Shown piece after piece: positions 1 to 7,727 of a DNA stretch of 42,437 bases. This stretch comes from an uncultured Verrucomicrobiota bacterium (GTDB lineage Bacteria > Verrucomicrobiota > Verrucomicrobiia > Limisphaerales > CAZKNW01), in NCBI GenBank assembly GCA_964554035.1, contig CAZKNW010000001.1:1-42437 (forward strand), in the 5' to 3' direction. Numbering within the stretch: the first letter of the stretch is position 1; every line of letters begins with the position of its first letter. Made by a program: the position numbers and the translations under genes. The notes under the pieces were generated by a model that was not told the DNA's origin, made no database searches, and was given only the letters and a program-made list of their open reading frames with translations.

Positions 1-58
1 CTCTTAAAACCTTCTCGTGGCCAGTTGGAACCTCTCGAACCATGATGCAAAGTCGTTC

Positions 59-94
59 ATTCTTTAATTTCTGTCTAGACAGAAATTAAAGAAT
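59..94. repeat. 36-bp perfect palindrome ATTCTTTAATTTCTGTCT/AGACAGAAATTAAAGAAT
   Basis: All 18 positions pair with their mirror positions (59 with 94 through 76 with 77). Each arm is about 78% A+T in an otherwise GC-rich window. It lies about 50 nt 3' of the minus-strand tRNA-Gln. Confidence 0.9.
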
Positions 95-143
95 CTTTGG
101 ATCCGGTCGGCCTTTTCTGGAGGGAAGGGATTCAGGGGAAGAA

Positions 144-217
144 TGGTTGTCCGACATGGATTCGAACCATGACTAAAGGCGTCAAAGGCCTCTGTGCTAC
201 CATTACACCATCGGACA
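144..217 (-). tRNA. tRNA-Gln (anticodon UUG), CCA encoded
   Basis: The reverse complement folds as a 74-nt cloverleaf. Acceptor stem is TGTCCGA/TCGGACA with U1-A72, typical of bacterial tRNA-Gln. D stem is GTGT/GCAC. Anticodon stem is GAGGC/GCCTT with loop CTTTGAC (anticodon TTG). T arm is CATGG-TTCGAAT-CCATG, followed by discriminator A and CCA. Confidence 0.9.
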
Positions 218-276
218 ACGGCGGACGGAAAGGTAATGGCAGACGCCGTTGCATCAAGCCTTTTTAGGACCGTATG

Positions 277-1410
277 CTACTTGTCATTCCCCAAGGATCC
301 GACGGGACGGGATCGACCTTCCTTGATGGATGACGACTTGAGTTCGAAGTAGCTGAACCATTGCTGCTTGAGGGCATTGGCGAAGTCTCCCTTCTTTTCG
401 GACAACTCCTTCACCGACTGGCCCCAATAGAAACTGGTCCAGCCTGCGACCATCCCCTTGGAACGCTCAATGAAGTCGTCCATCTCCCGAAGCGTGCACT
501 TCAGGGGAAACATCTCCTCGATCACGAGAGGCTTCCCGATTTCATAGGCCTTGAGCGCCTCGATCGCCTGATCCACCTCATTGTTCTTGGGATAGAAGTG
601 AACGCTGACAAAATCAAGGGAACCTGAGACCTCGGGGGAATAGAAGAGAGGCTTGGCCTTGGGAAAGACATGCGCCCAGGGAATCACCCCGACGGTAATC
701 AGGGTCTGCTCATCCACCTCGCGGATGGAGCGGGTCAACGTCTCGACCCATTTGCGGGCAACCTCCTTCTGGCTTCGGCCCCTGGCGTCGAGGGAAATGC
801 GCTGCACGAAGAACTTCCCGCCCAGCTCTCCACCCAGCCAGTCCTTCTCCACCTTCCTGCCGGGAGCGATCGGCTCGTTCATCAGGTCGTAGCAGAAGAT
901 GGCTGGATCTCCCTTGCAGGTTGACGCGATCGCCTTCCAGAAGCGTCCCTGGACCTGCCATCGATCCTCTTCCGACATGGTGTCATACCATGCGGGAACG
1001 TCCTTCCTGTGGTAGCATCCGAGGCCGGTAAGGTTCAGGTAGACGCCGGATTCGTGGGCGAGATGGATGAGGCCCTTGAGGCGCTTGAGCTGCTCCGGAT
1101 CAGCCTCCTCTGGAGATCTCATGAACTTCCCGAGCTGCAGGTGGACGCGGACGACATTGGCTCCCAGGTCGCGAATCTCCTGAAAGTCCTCGGAGACCTG
1201 TTTCCAATCAGTGGTCCAGTAATCCTCAATCAGTTGTCCATCCCGGTTGTGGTCGTAGTTGACGCCCCAGACCACGAAAGGCTTGTCAGCCCCCACCTGC
1301 TGAAAGGATTTCCCGTCGGAACCAATGGTGACGCGGGGCAAGGCTGCCTCTGTTGAAGGGAGTGGCAGGAGCAGTCCAATCAGGAGGACGACAAGAAGGC
1401 TTTGGGTCAT
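277..1410 (-). CDS. Secreted glycoside hydrolase family 5 (cellulase/mannanase-like)
   Basis: ORF 277..1686 trimmed to the ATG at 1408-1410, which gives the signal peptide MTQSLLVVLLIGLLLPLPSTEA. The longer ORF would overlap the upstream gene. GH5-type motifs are present: VVRVHLQL, LMNEP (acid/base Glu) and VIEEMF (candidate nucleophile). Confidence 0.8.
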   Translation of the reverse strand: MTQSLLVVLLIGLLLPLPSTEAALPRVTIGSDGKSFQQVGADKPFVVWGVNYDHNRDGQLIEDYWTTDWKQVSEDFQEIRDLGANVVRVHLQLGKFMRSPEEADPEQLKRLKGLIHLAHESGVYLNLTGLGCYHRKDVPAWYDTMSEEDRWQVQGRFWKAIASTCKGDPAIFCYDLMNEPIAPGRKVEKDWLGGELGGKFFVQRISLDARGRSQKEVARKWVETLTRSIREVDEQTLITVGVIPWAHVFPKAKPLFYSPEVSGSLDFVSVHFYPKNNEVDQAIEALKAYEIGKPLVIEEMFPLKCTLREMDDFIERSKGMVAGWTSFYWGQSVKELSEKKGDFANALKQQWFSYFELKSSSIKEGRSRPVGSLGNDK

Positions 1411-1460
1411 GGGAAGGGGATACCTTCCGGGGACCCTTTTCGTCCAGATCAACCTCGGAA

Positions 1461-1979
1461 TCAGGTCTGAGGGCGGCGTTTGGCCTCGAGGGAACGGCTG
1501 AGCCAGGGAGGCCCGTCCTTGTGCTCTCCGAAGTAGATCATCCTTCCGGAACCGTAGATGACCGCCACCTTGGGGGTGTCGCCTACTTCCCCGGGGAGGA
1601 TGTGGGAGGCTTCGGGTGCCAGCTTGGAACAAGCAAAACCGCGCAGCTTCAGGTTCTCTTCCCTTGAGTCGGACTGTCCCATCCAATAGACCGTTTCCGT
1701 GCCGGAAGGGAAGGCACCGCGATCGATGAGTGCCGTCACAAGTTGCTGGGAATCAGGTCCTTGTGATGGAATAAAGTGGATGATCATGATGGATCCACGC
1801 TTGAATCCACCGCGATACTCCAGATAGGAAGGCTCATCGGAACGGTTGAGCGCCGAGTGTGCCCGGGTAAGGGCGACGGTCCTGAAGACCAGTGGCGTCA
1901 GCGCTAGAAACAGGATGATGGAAAAGGTGGTCCGGTTCTTCTCCTGCCAGCGTTTGAGTGCGTCGCGTAAGGTAGCCAT
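1461..1979 (-). CDS. Hypothetical membrane-anchored protein (172 aa)
   Basis: ATG-initiated ORF with one N-terminal hydrophobic segment (TFSIILFLALTPLVF). It is co-oriented with, and 50 nt upstream of, the GH5 gene. I recognise no family. Confidence 0.55.
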   Translation of the reverse strand: MATLRDALKRWQEKNRTTFSIILFLALTPLVFRTVALTRAHSALNRSDEPSYLEYRGGFKRGSIMIIHFIPSQGPDSQQLVTALIDRGAFPSGTETVYWMGQSDSREENLKLRGFACSKLAPEASHILPGEVGDTPKVAVIYGSGRMIYFGEHKDGPPWLSRSLEAKRRPQT

Positions 1980-2111
1980 GCGGTTCGGGCGTTATTTGCC
2001 TCTGTGAGAAAAACGCGGTTTTGAGCCCAAGGAGGACATTAATTTTTTGTCATTTTTTAAGCCGGGTTTTCTTTGAATCCACTCGGCAGAAGGGGCGTCA
2101 GGACCTAGGTT

Positions 2112-2813
2112 ATGCCCATGGACCTTGAGGGAAGGCTCGAAAGGATTAATGCGAGGATTGAAGCGGCCTGCGACCGTTGTGGACGGTCCAGGGACGAAGT
2201 GACCCTGGTTGCCGTTTCCAAGACGCATGAAGCTTCCGCCATATCGGAGGCTGCCGACCTGGGGCTCACCGTCTTTGGCGAATCCAAGGTCCAGGAGCTC
2301 AAGGGGAAGATCGGACGCTGTCCCCAGCACCTGACCTGGCACCTGATCGGACATCTCCAATCGAACAAGGCACGGGATGCCGTCTTCCTTTTCAAGATGA
2401 TTCACAGCGTGGACAGCGTTTCGCTGGCGGTGGAACTCAACAAGCACGCAGAGAAACAGGCCCGGATGGTTCCGGTTCTCCTTCAGGTCAATGTTTCAGG
2501 CGAGGCCACCAAGTATGGGTTCCGCCCTGATGGATTTCAGGAGGCCTTCGACCAGATCGTGGAGCTGCCCCGGTTGGAGGTCCATGGCCTGATGACCATG
2601 GCGCCATGGACCCCTGAAGTGGAGAAGACCCGGCCCGCGTTTGCCAGGCTTCGGGAGATCCGTGATGAAATGGAAGAACACCTGGGGGCCCCGCTTCCCG
2701 AGCTCAGCATGGGAATGAGCAACGACTTCGAGATCGCCATCGAGGAAGGCGCCACCCTGGTGCGGGTTGGCAGCGATCTCTTTTGGAAACGCTCCTACGC
2801 AAAAAAGAAGTAG
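2112..2813 (+). CDS. yggS: YggS-family pyridoxal-phosphate homeostasis protein
   Basis: 233 aa with YggS hallmarks: VAVSKT (PLP lysine), HLIGHLQSNK, VNVSGEATKYGF, GLMTMAP and LSMGMSNDFEIAIEEGATLVRVGSDLF. Confidence 0.9.
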   Translation: MPMDLEGRLERINARIEAACDRCGRSRDEVTLVAVSKTHEASAISEAADLGLTVFGESKVQELKGKIGRCPQHLTWHLIGHLQSNKARDAVFLFKMIHSVDSVSLAVELNKHAEKQARMVPVLLQVNVSGEATKYGFRPDGFQEAFDQIVELPRLEVHGLMTMAPWTPEVEKTRPAFARLREIRDEMEEHLGAPLPELSMGMSNDFEIAIEEGATLVRVGSDLFWKRSYAKKK

Positions 2814-2895
2814 TCCGAATATTCAATCCCGAATTCTAATTGCAGAATTCTGAACAGACTCACGGCGAGTAGAGAAGCGTTCTAGGAAAAAAGGG

Positions 2896-3163
2896 TTCTC
2901 TTACTGAGCCACGGAGGAACACGGGGAGTTGAAATGCATGCATTTCAATGAAGGTCCTATCTCCCTGTCTCACCGAAGCCCATGCGAGGGCGGAAGAATC
3001 AAAGGGTAGGGCCCGTCGCTCCGCGCGGGCCGTTGTTGCGGACGGGGAGTCAGGATGTCCCTTTGCGATTGGATGCCATGCCCGGGCGCTCACGGAGTGA
3101 TCGCCCTACCTTGAGAGGTAAGATTCCAATCGGTGGCTTTTCTGAATCTGCGGGGAACCAATC
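2896..3163 (+). repeat. Structured intergenic repeat, copy A (H1 module lacking its right arm, complete R2 module, tail)
   Basis: Shares long near-identical blocks with 3209-3401, 7728-8049 and 22600-22966: gagccacggaggaacacggggagTTGAAATGCATGCATTTCAA, then gaagcccatgcga...aaagggtagggcccgtcgctccgcgcgggcc...cgggcgctcacggagtgatcgccctacc, then the tail gattccaatc...ggggaaccaatcc. Confidence 0.9.
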
Positions 3164-3208
3164 CCATTCGATCTCACGCCAAGACGCCGAGACGCAGAGG
3201 GGAGAGAA

Positions 3209-3401
3209 GTTTCTCTCACGGAGCCACGGAGGAACACGGGTGTTGAAATGCATGCATTTCAATAAATGGCCTCTCTCCGTGAATCACCGTGGCTCCGTGA
3301 GAGATATTCTTCCCTGTCTCACCGAAGCCCATGCGAAAGGGGAAGCCCCAAAGGGTAGGGCCCGTCGCTCCGCGCGGGCCGTTGTTGCGGACGGGGAGTC
3401 A
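3209..3401 (+). repeat. Structured intergenic repeat, copy B (complete H1 module, left half of R2 only)
   Basis: Directly follows copy A. It contains a perfect 18-bp inverted repeat, 3212-3229 tctctcacggagccacgg and 3287-3304 ccgtggctccgtgagaga. This encloses the 20-bp palindrome at 3243-3262. The R2 left arm (GTAG at 3355-3358) is present and the right arm is absent. Confidence 0.9.
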
Positions 3402-3437
3402 GAACGCCCCTCATCTGAAATGTGAGATTTGAAATCG

Positions 3438-4964
3438 CTACTCCGCCTTTTTCCTCGCCGCCACCAGGTCGGGATACTTTTCATCGGTATCGCCAATCCT
3501 CTTCTTCAGGTCATCCAGTTGCTTGAGGAGCTTCTTCTGGATCTTGGCGTATTTGGCTGAGCCGAAGACGTTGTTCATCTCATGGGGATCGTTCTGCAGG
3601 TCGTAGAGTTCGAAGTAGGGAGGTGTGGGATCCTTCTTGGCTCCAGGGGCATCCAGTCCGAGGCCATAAAAGAAGATGAGTTTGTGCGTCTTGGTCCGGA
3701 TGCCGTAGTGCGCGGGGTTGTCGTGGTGGGCCATGTGCATCCAGTAGCGGTAATAGGTTGCCTGTGGCCAGTCGGCCGGAGTGTTGCCCTTGAGGTTGGG
3801 CACGAAGCTGCGGCCCTGGAACTGGGAAGGAAAACTTGATCCAGCCACTCCGGCCAGGTCCAGCAGTGTGGGGGCGAAGTCGACGTTGTTGACGATGTCA
3901 TCGAGGACCTTCCCCTTCGGCAGCGAGGCCGGGTGGCGGATGATGAAGGGCATCCGCATGGATTCCTCATACATCCAACGCTTGTCGATGTAGTCGTGCT
4001 CTCCCAGCATGAACCCCTGGTCGGCCGTGTAGATGATGATGGTGTTCTCAAGCTGCCCGGTTTTCTCCAGATGTTCCAGGAGGCGACCTATGTTGTCATC
4101 GACACCCTTCACACAGCGGAGGAACTTCTTCAGGTAGCGCTGGTAGGCGGTGCGGGTGTAGGCCTCGTTGGACAGGGACTCATCCACGAACATGTGATGT
4201 CCCATGTTGCGACGGGTGTTGCGCTTGGAAACGGAGGTGCCGAAGCGGGGAAGGTTTTGTGGGCCGTGGTTGCCCCGCTTCCAGAGGCTTTCGGGTTCGG
4301 GGATGTCGACATCCTCGTAGAGGAAATCATAGCGCTCCGCGTTTTCAAAGTTGTCGTGGGGCGCCTTGAAGTGATGCATCAGGAAGAAGGGCTTGTCCGA
4401 TTTCCTCTGCTTAAGCCACCTCAGTGAGATGTCGGTGATGGCATCCGAGGAATGCGTGTTGTCATAGCCAGCGACCCGGATCGTGTTGTTCGGCCACTTT
4501 TCCTTTCCCCGGACACGAAAGATGGGGTTGAAGTAGGATCCCTGTCCCGGAAGCACCGTGTAGAAGTCAAAGGCGGCGGGTTCCTCCTTGAGGTGCCATT
4601 TGCCGACCATGGCGGTTTCGTAGCCAGCCTTCCTCATCTCAATGGCGACGGTCTGCCTCTCGGGTGGGATCTTTCCGTTGAGCGTGGTGACTCCGTTGGC
4701 GTGGCTGTACTGGCCCGTCATGATGCTGGCGCGACTGGGGGTGCAGATCGAGTTGGAGACAAAGCAGTTTGCGAGGCGGACGCCTTCCCTGGCCAGCCGG
4801 TCGATGTTGGGAGTGGGATTCAAAACCGCCAGCCTGCTGCCATAGGCGCCGATTCCATGGGCCGCATGGTCGTCGGACATGATGTAGAGGATGTTGGGCT
4901 TCCCGGCGGCGTGAACCGAGTTCACCAGCGTCAGGATTGCCGTTAAGAGAAGGCGTTGAATCAT
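3438..4964 (-). CDS. Secreted Cys-type sulfatase (paralog of 6028..7629)
   Basis: ORF trimmed to the ATG at 4962-4964 (MIQRLLLTAILTLVNSVHA signal peptide). It has the metal site SDDH and the formylglycine motif SICTPSRASIMTG. Strong block similarity to the 6028 gene (NPTPNID, YLK.FLRCVKGVD, DKRWMYEES, HYGIRT). Confidence 0.9.
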   Translation of the reverse strand: MIQRLLLTAILTLVNSVHAAGKPNILYIMSDDHAAHGIGAYGSRLAVLNPTPNIDRLAREGVRLANCFVSNSICTPSRASIMTGQYSHANGVTTLNGKIPPERQTVAIEMRKAGYETAMVGKWHLKEEPAAFDFYTVLPGQGSYFNPIFRVRGKEKWPNNTIRVAGYDNTHSSDAITDISLRWLKQRKSDKPFFLMHHFKAPHDNFENAERYDFLYEDVDIPEPESLWKRGNHGPQNLPRFGTSVSKRNTRRNMGHHMFVDESLSNEAYTRTAYQRYLKKFLRCVKGVDDNIGRLLEHLEKTGQLENTIIIYTADQGFMLGEHDYIDKRWMYEESMRMPFIIRHPASLPKGKVLDDIVNNVDFAPTLLDLAGVAGSSFPSQFQGRSFVPNLKGNTPADWPQATYYRYWMHMAHHDNPAHYGIRTKTHKLIFFYGLGLDAPGAKKDPTPPYFELYDLQNDPHEMNNVFGSAKYAKIQKKLLKQLDDLKKRIGDTDEKYPDLVAARKKAE

Positions 4965-5088
4965 TCCGAATTCTGCCGTTCTCGCGCTCGATGGGTCTAG
5001 TAAAGAACAGTCATGCCATTTTGAAATCGTGACATGGAGTGTTAAAAAAGGGTTCGACATCCCATGGCCTTTTATTGAAAAAAAGCAC

Positions 5089-5853
5089 ATGAAGACACCC
5101 CGAGAGGCAACCGTCATCCAGCAGGAGTTTTTCCGGCGCATGGATGGCATCCAGCAGGTGAAACTGCTGTTTGATCATTTGCCAGGGCTTCATTTTTTCA
5201 TCAAGGACGAGAACAGCCGCATGATCAGCGTCAGTCGCGAGATCCTGGAGCGCCTTGGAGTGGACGAGGAGTATGAGATCGTCGGGAAGACCGACTATGA
5301 TTTCTTCCCTCAGGAAATCGCTGACAATTTCGTTCGGGATGATGTCGGCGTGTTAAAAACCGGTCAGCCTCTCATTAACCGGGTGGAGATCTGGTACAAC
5401 GAGCAACGGGTCCTCGACTGGTTTGTCACCACCAAGCTCCCTATCCGGGATCCCGATGGAAACATCATTGGGATCATGGGAACCACGCAGACTTATGAGG
5501 GCAAGCGCAGGGCGCTCATGCCATTTTCCAGTGTGGGCAAGGCGGTGGAACTGATCCGCACGGACCTTCACCGCAACATCTCTGCCCAGGAGATGGCGCG
5601 GGTGGCCGGGTTGTCGGTTCGGCAGCTGTCGCGCAAGTTTCGTGAGGTCTTTGGGATGTCGCCCCATGAGTTTGCGCTGCGGACCCGGATTCAGGGTGCC
5701 TGCGACGAACTGGCCCGCACCGAGAAACCCATCATCCAGATCGCACTGGACTTCGGCTTCTGCGATCAGAGCGCCTTCACCGTCCAGTTCCGCAAGTTCA
5801 CCGGCGTGACGCCCCGGCTTTTCCGGGAGCGTTACCGTCCGCATCGGGTCTAA
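5089..5853 (+). CDS. PAS-domain AraC/XylS-family transcriptional regulator
   Basis: The C-terminal AraC helix-turn-helix pair is visible (ISAQEMARVAGLSVRQLSRKFREVFGMSPHEF ... IALDFGFCDQSAFTVQFRKFTGVTPRLFR). The N-terminal part is PAS-like (FFIKDENSRMISVS ... GKTDYDFFP). Start placed at the ATG at 5089; a GTG at 5029 is the alternative. Confidence 0.85.
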   Translation: MKTPREATVIQQEFFRRMDGIQQVKLLFDHLPGLHFFIKDENSRMISVSREILERLGVDEEYEIVGKTDYDFFPQEIADNFVRDDVGVLKTGQPLINRVEIWYNEQRVLDWFVTTKLPIRDPDGNIIGIMGTTQTYEGKRRALMPFSSVGKAVELIRTDLHRNISAQEMARVAGLSVRQLSRKFREVFGMSPHEFALRTRIQGACDELARTEKPIIQIALDFGFCDQSAFTVQFRKFTGVTPRLFRERYRPHRV

Positions 5854-5855
5854 TC

Positions 5856-5882
5856 CGCAGATGGCGCAGATGAACGCAGATG
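5856..5882 (+). promoter_or_regulatory. Three phased direct repeats CGCAGATG (5856, 5865, 5875)
   Basis: The exact 8-mer occurs three times with 9- and 10-bp spacing. It starts just 3' of the AraC stop codon and lies about 150 bp upstream of the sulfatase start at 6028. A binding function is inferred, not shown. Confidence 0.35.
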
Positions 5883-6027
5883 GTGGGAAGAAGGAGGCTG
5901 CAGATCTTCTTCTCATGGTCCTTCATGCCCTTCATGGTTCCAAATGAATGCGGCCGGAGCTGATGGCGTCTTGTTCTGGACTCCCGGGATTGGATTGATA
6001 CCTTCTCCGTCCACCTCAATTGGATCT

Positions 6028-7629
6028 ATGAAACTGCGTATTGTTACCATTCTGACCGTCTTGCTGTTCTGGTCGGCCTCGCTCTGGGCCAAGGATCAGC
6101 GTCCGAACATCCTCTTCATCTTCACCGACGACCATGCACCTCATGCCATTGGTGCCTATGACGGCTGGTTGAAATCAGTCAACCCGACCCCGAACATCGA
6201 CAAGCTGGCCGGGCAGGGAATGCTTTTCCGGAAGAGCTTCTGTTCCAACTCCATCTGTGGTCCCAGCCGTGCCGTCATCCAGACCGGCAAGCATAGCCAC
6301 AAGAACGGGTTCATGAACAACGGCAACAGCTTTGACTGGAACCAGCAGACCTTTCCCAAGCTCCTCCAGAAGGCCGGATACCAGACCGCCATCTACGGAA
6401 AGAGCCACCTCAAGGGACAGCCGCAGGGTTATGATGACTGGGCCGTCCTCCCCGGGCAGGGGCTCTACTACAACCCCGACATGATCTTCGCGGACGGAAA
6501 GAAGAAGATCGATGGCTACTGTACCGACGTGGTGACTGATCTGGCGGTGGATTACCTGAAGAACAAGCGACAGGCCGACAAGCCCTTCATGGTGATGGTC
6601 CAGCACAAGGCACCTCACCGCAACTGGATGCCCGCTCTGCGTCACCTGCACCTCTATGACGACATCGAGATCCCTGAGCCTGCGACCCTCTTCGACAAGT
6701 GGGAGGACAATGCGCCGCCTGCACGCCATCAGGAACTGGAGATCGATCGTCACATGGATCTCAACTACGACCTTTTCGTCGATCTGACCCCGGAGTTCAA
6801 CCAGCCTGCTTCCCAGAAGCGCCAGGATCGTTCTGCCTGGAACAACATGAAGCGCATGACGCCTGAGCAGCTCAAGGCCTGGCGTGATGCCTACGGTCCC
6901 AAGGATGAGGCCTTCCACAAGGCCAACCTTTCCGGCAAGGACCTCGTGCGTTGGAAGTATCAGCGCTATGCCAAGAACTACCTTCGCTGTGTCAAGGGCG
7001 TGGACGAGAGCGTGGGTCGTCTTCGTGACACGCTCAAGGAGCTGGGCTTGGATGAGAACACCATCGTGATCTACAGCTCCGACCAAGGCTTCTACATCGG
7101 AGACCATGGCTGGTATGACAAGCGCTGGATGTATGAGGAATCCCTGATGATGCCCTTCATCGCCTACTGGCCCGGTGTGACCAAGGCGGGTTCCAAGGAC
7201 AACCACTTGATCCAGAACCTGGATTATGCCGAGACCTTCCTCGACATCGCTGGGGCTCCTATTCCTGGCGACATGCAGGGACGCTCGCTGGTGCCGCTGT
7301 TGAAGGGCAAGAATCCCAAGGACTGGCGCAAGAGCATCTACTATCACTACTACGAGTATCCCAGCGTTCACATGGTGCCCCGTCACTACGGCATCCGGAC
7401 CGAGCGTTACAAGCTGATGCACTTCTATCAGTTTGGAAACGAGTGGGAACTCTACGATCTGAAGAACGATCCGGACGAGCTGACCAACATCTATGGGCAG
7501 CCCAAGCACGCCAAGCTGACCCAACGTCTCAAGAACCAGCTCAAGAAGCTGCAGAAGGATTACGAGGACGACAGCGACATCTCCGAGAAGCCGGAGAGCT
7601 GGCAGAAGGAAGTCCGTCCGCTTGAGTAG
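6028..7629 (+). CDS. Secreted Cys-type sulfatase (paralog of 3438..4964)
   Basis: ORF trimmed to the ATG at 6028 (MKLRIVTILTVLLFWSASLWA signal peptide). It has FTDDH and the motif SICGPSRAVIQTG, and ends at a TAG stop. Confidence 0.9.
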   Translation: MKLRIVTILTVLLFWSASLWAKDQRPNILFIFTDDHAPHAIGAYDGWLKSVNPTPNIDKLAGQGMLFRKSFCSNSICGPSRAVIQTGKHSHKNGFMNNGNSFDWNQQTFPKLLQKAGYQTAIYGKSHLKGQPQGYDDWAVLPGQGLYYNPDMIFADGKKKIDGYCTDVVTDLAVDYLKNKRQADKPFMVMVQHKAPHRNWMPALRHLHLYDDIEIPEPATLFDKWEDNAPPARHQELEIDRHMDLNYDLFVDLTPEFNQPASQKRQDRSAWNNMKRMTPEQLKAWRDAYGPKDEAFHKANLSGKDLVRWKYQRYAKNYLRCVKGVDESVGRLRDTLKELGLDENTIVIYSSDQGFYIGDHGWYDKRWMYEESLMMPFIAYWPGVTKAGSKDNHLIQNLDYAETFLDIAGAPIPGDMQGRSLVPLLKGKNPKDWRKSIYYHYYEYPSVHMVPRHYGIRTERYKLMHFYQFGNEWELYDLKNDPDELTNIYGQPKHAKLTQRLKNQLKKLQKDYEDDSDISEKPESWQKEVRPLE

Positions 7630-7661
7630 GCAGGATCCTAGATCCCAGTGATTTCAGAAAA

Positions 7662-7692
7662 GGCCGCTCCCGAAAGGGCGCGGCCTTTTTAT
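7662..7692 (+). terminator. Rho-independent terminator after the sulfatase 6028..7629
   Basis: GGCCGCTCCC-GAAA-GGGCGCGGCC forms a 10-bp stem with one mismatch and a GAAA tetraloop. It is followed directly by TTTTTATT, 33 nt after the stop codon. Confidence 0.75.
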
Positions 7693-7727
7693 TGCCCCCA
7701 CGCGGAGGCGCAGTGGCGCGGAGGAAT

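Noticed and set aside
1-276. The tRNA-Gln as the boundary of an integrated genomic island.
   Set aside because: There is no integrase, and I did not spot a duplicated copy of the tRNA 3' end as a direct repeat in the window. The downstream genes look like ordinary chromosomal PVC content. The left flank is cut off by the window edge, so this stays untestable here.
1992-2447. A 151-aa minus-strand ORF, and the nested ORF 2105..2395, overlapping yggS.
   Set aside because: They are antisense to a gene with unambiguous YggS motifs, and they have no motif, no signal peptide and no plausible partner genes.
2896-3401. Possible CRISPR array formed by the repeated blocks.
   Set aside because: The repeats are hundreds of bp long and modular, and they are dispersed at three loci. 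They are not 25-40-bp units separated by unique spacers of similar size, and no cas genes are present.
2982-3425. Small ORFs inside the repeat copies: 2982..3425, 7692..7988, 7870..8085, 22606..22800, 22742..23305, and the minus-strand ORFs at 2860..3093 and 3284..3496.
   Set aside because: Peptide fragments such as FLSRSHGGTRGVEMHAF and KGRARRSARA recur only because the DNA is repeated. Indels between modules are not multiples of three, the frame linkage differs between copies, and copy A terminates after MHAFQ. The conservation is at nucleotide and structure level, not coding.
6175-7524. Long antisense ORFs opposite real genes. Examples: 6175..7524 (449 aa), 21451..22668 (405 aa), 28545..29477 (310 aa), 27590..28486 (298 aa), 16614..17402, 32090..32845, 41510..42265, 11583..12227, 35434..36177.
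   Set aside because: Each lies fully opposite a gene with clear family motifs (sulfatase, esterase, TPR, propeller, kinase). Their translations are low-complexity and rich in Gly, Arg, Val, Asp and His, as expected for shadow frames in GC-rich DNA. None has a motif or signal peptide.
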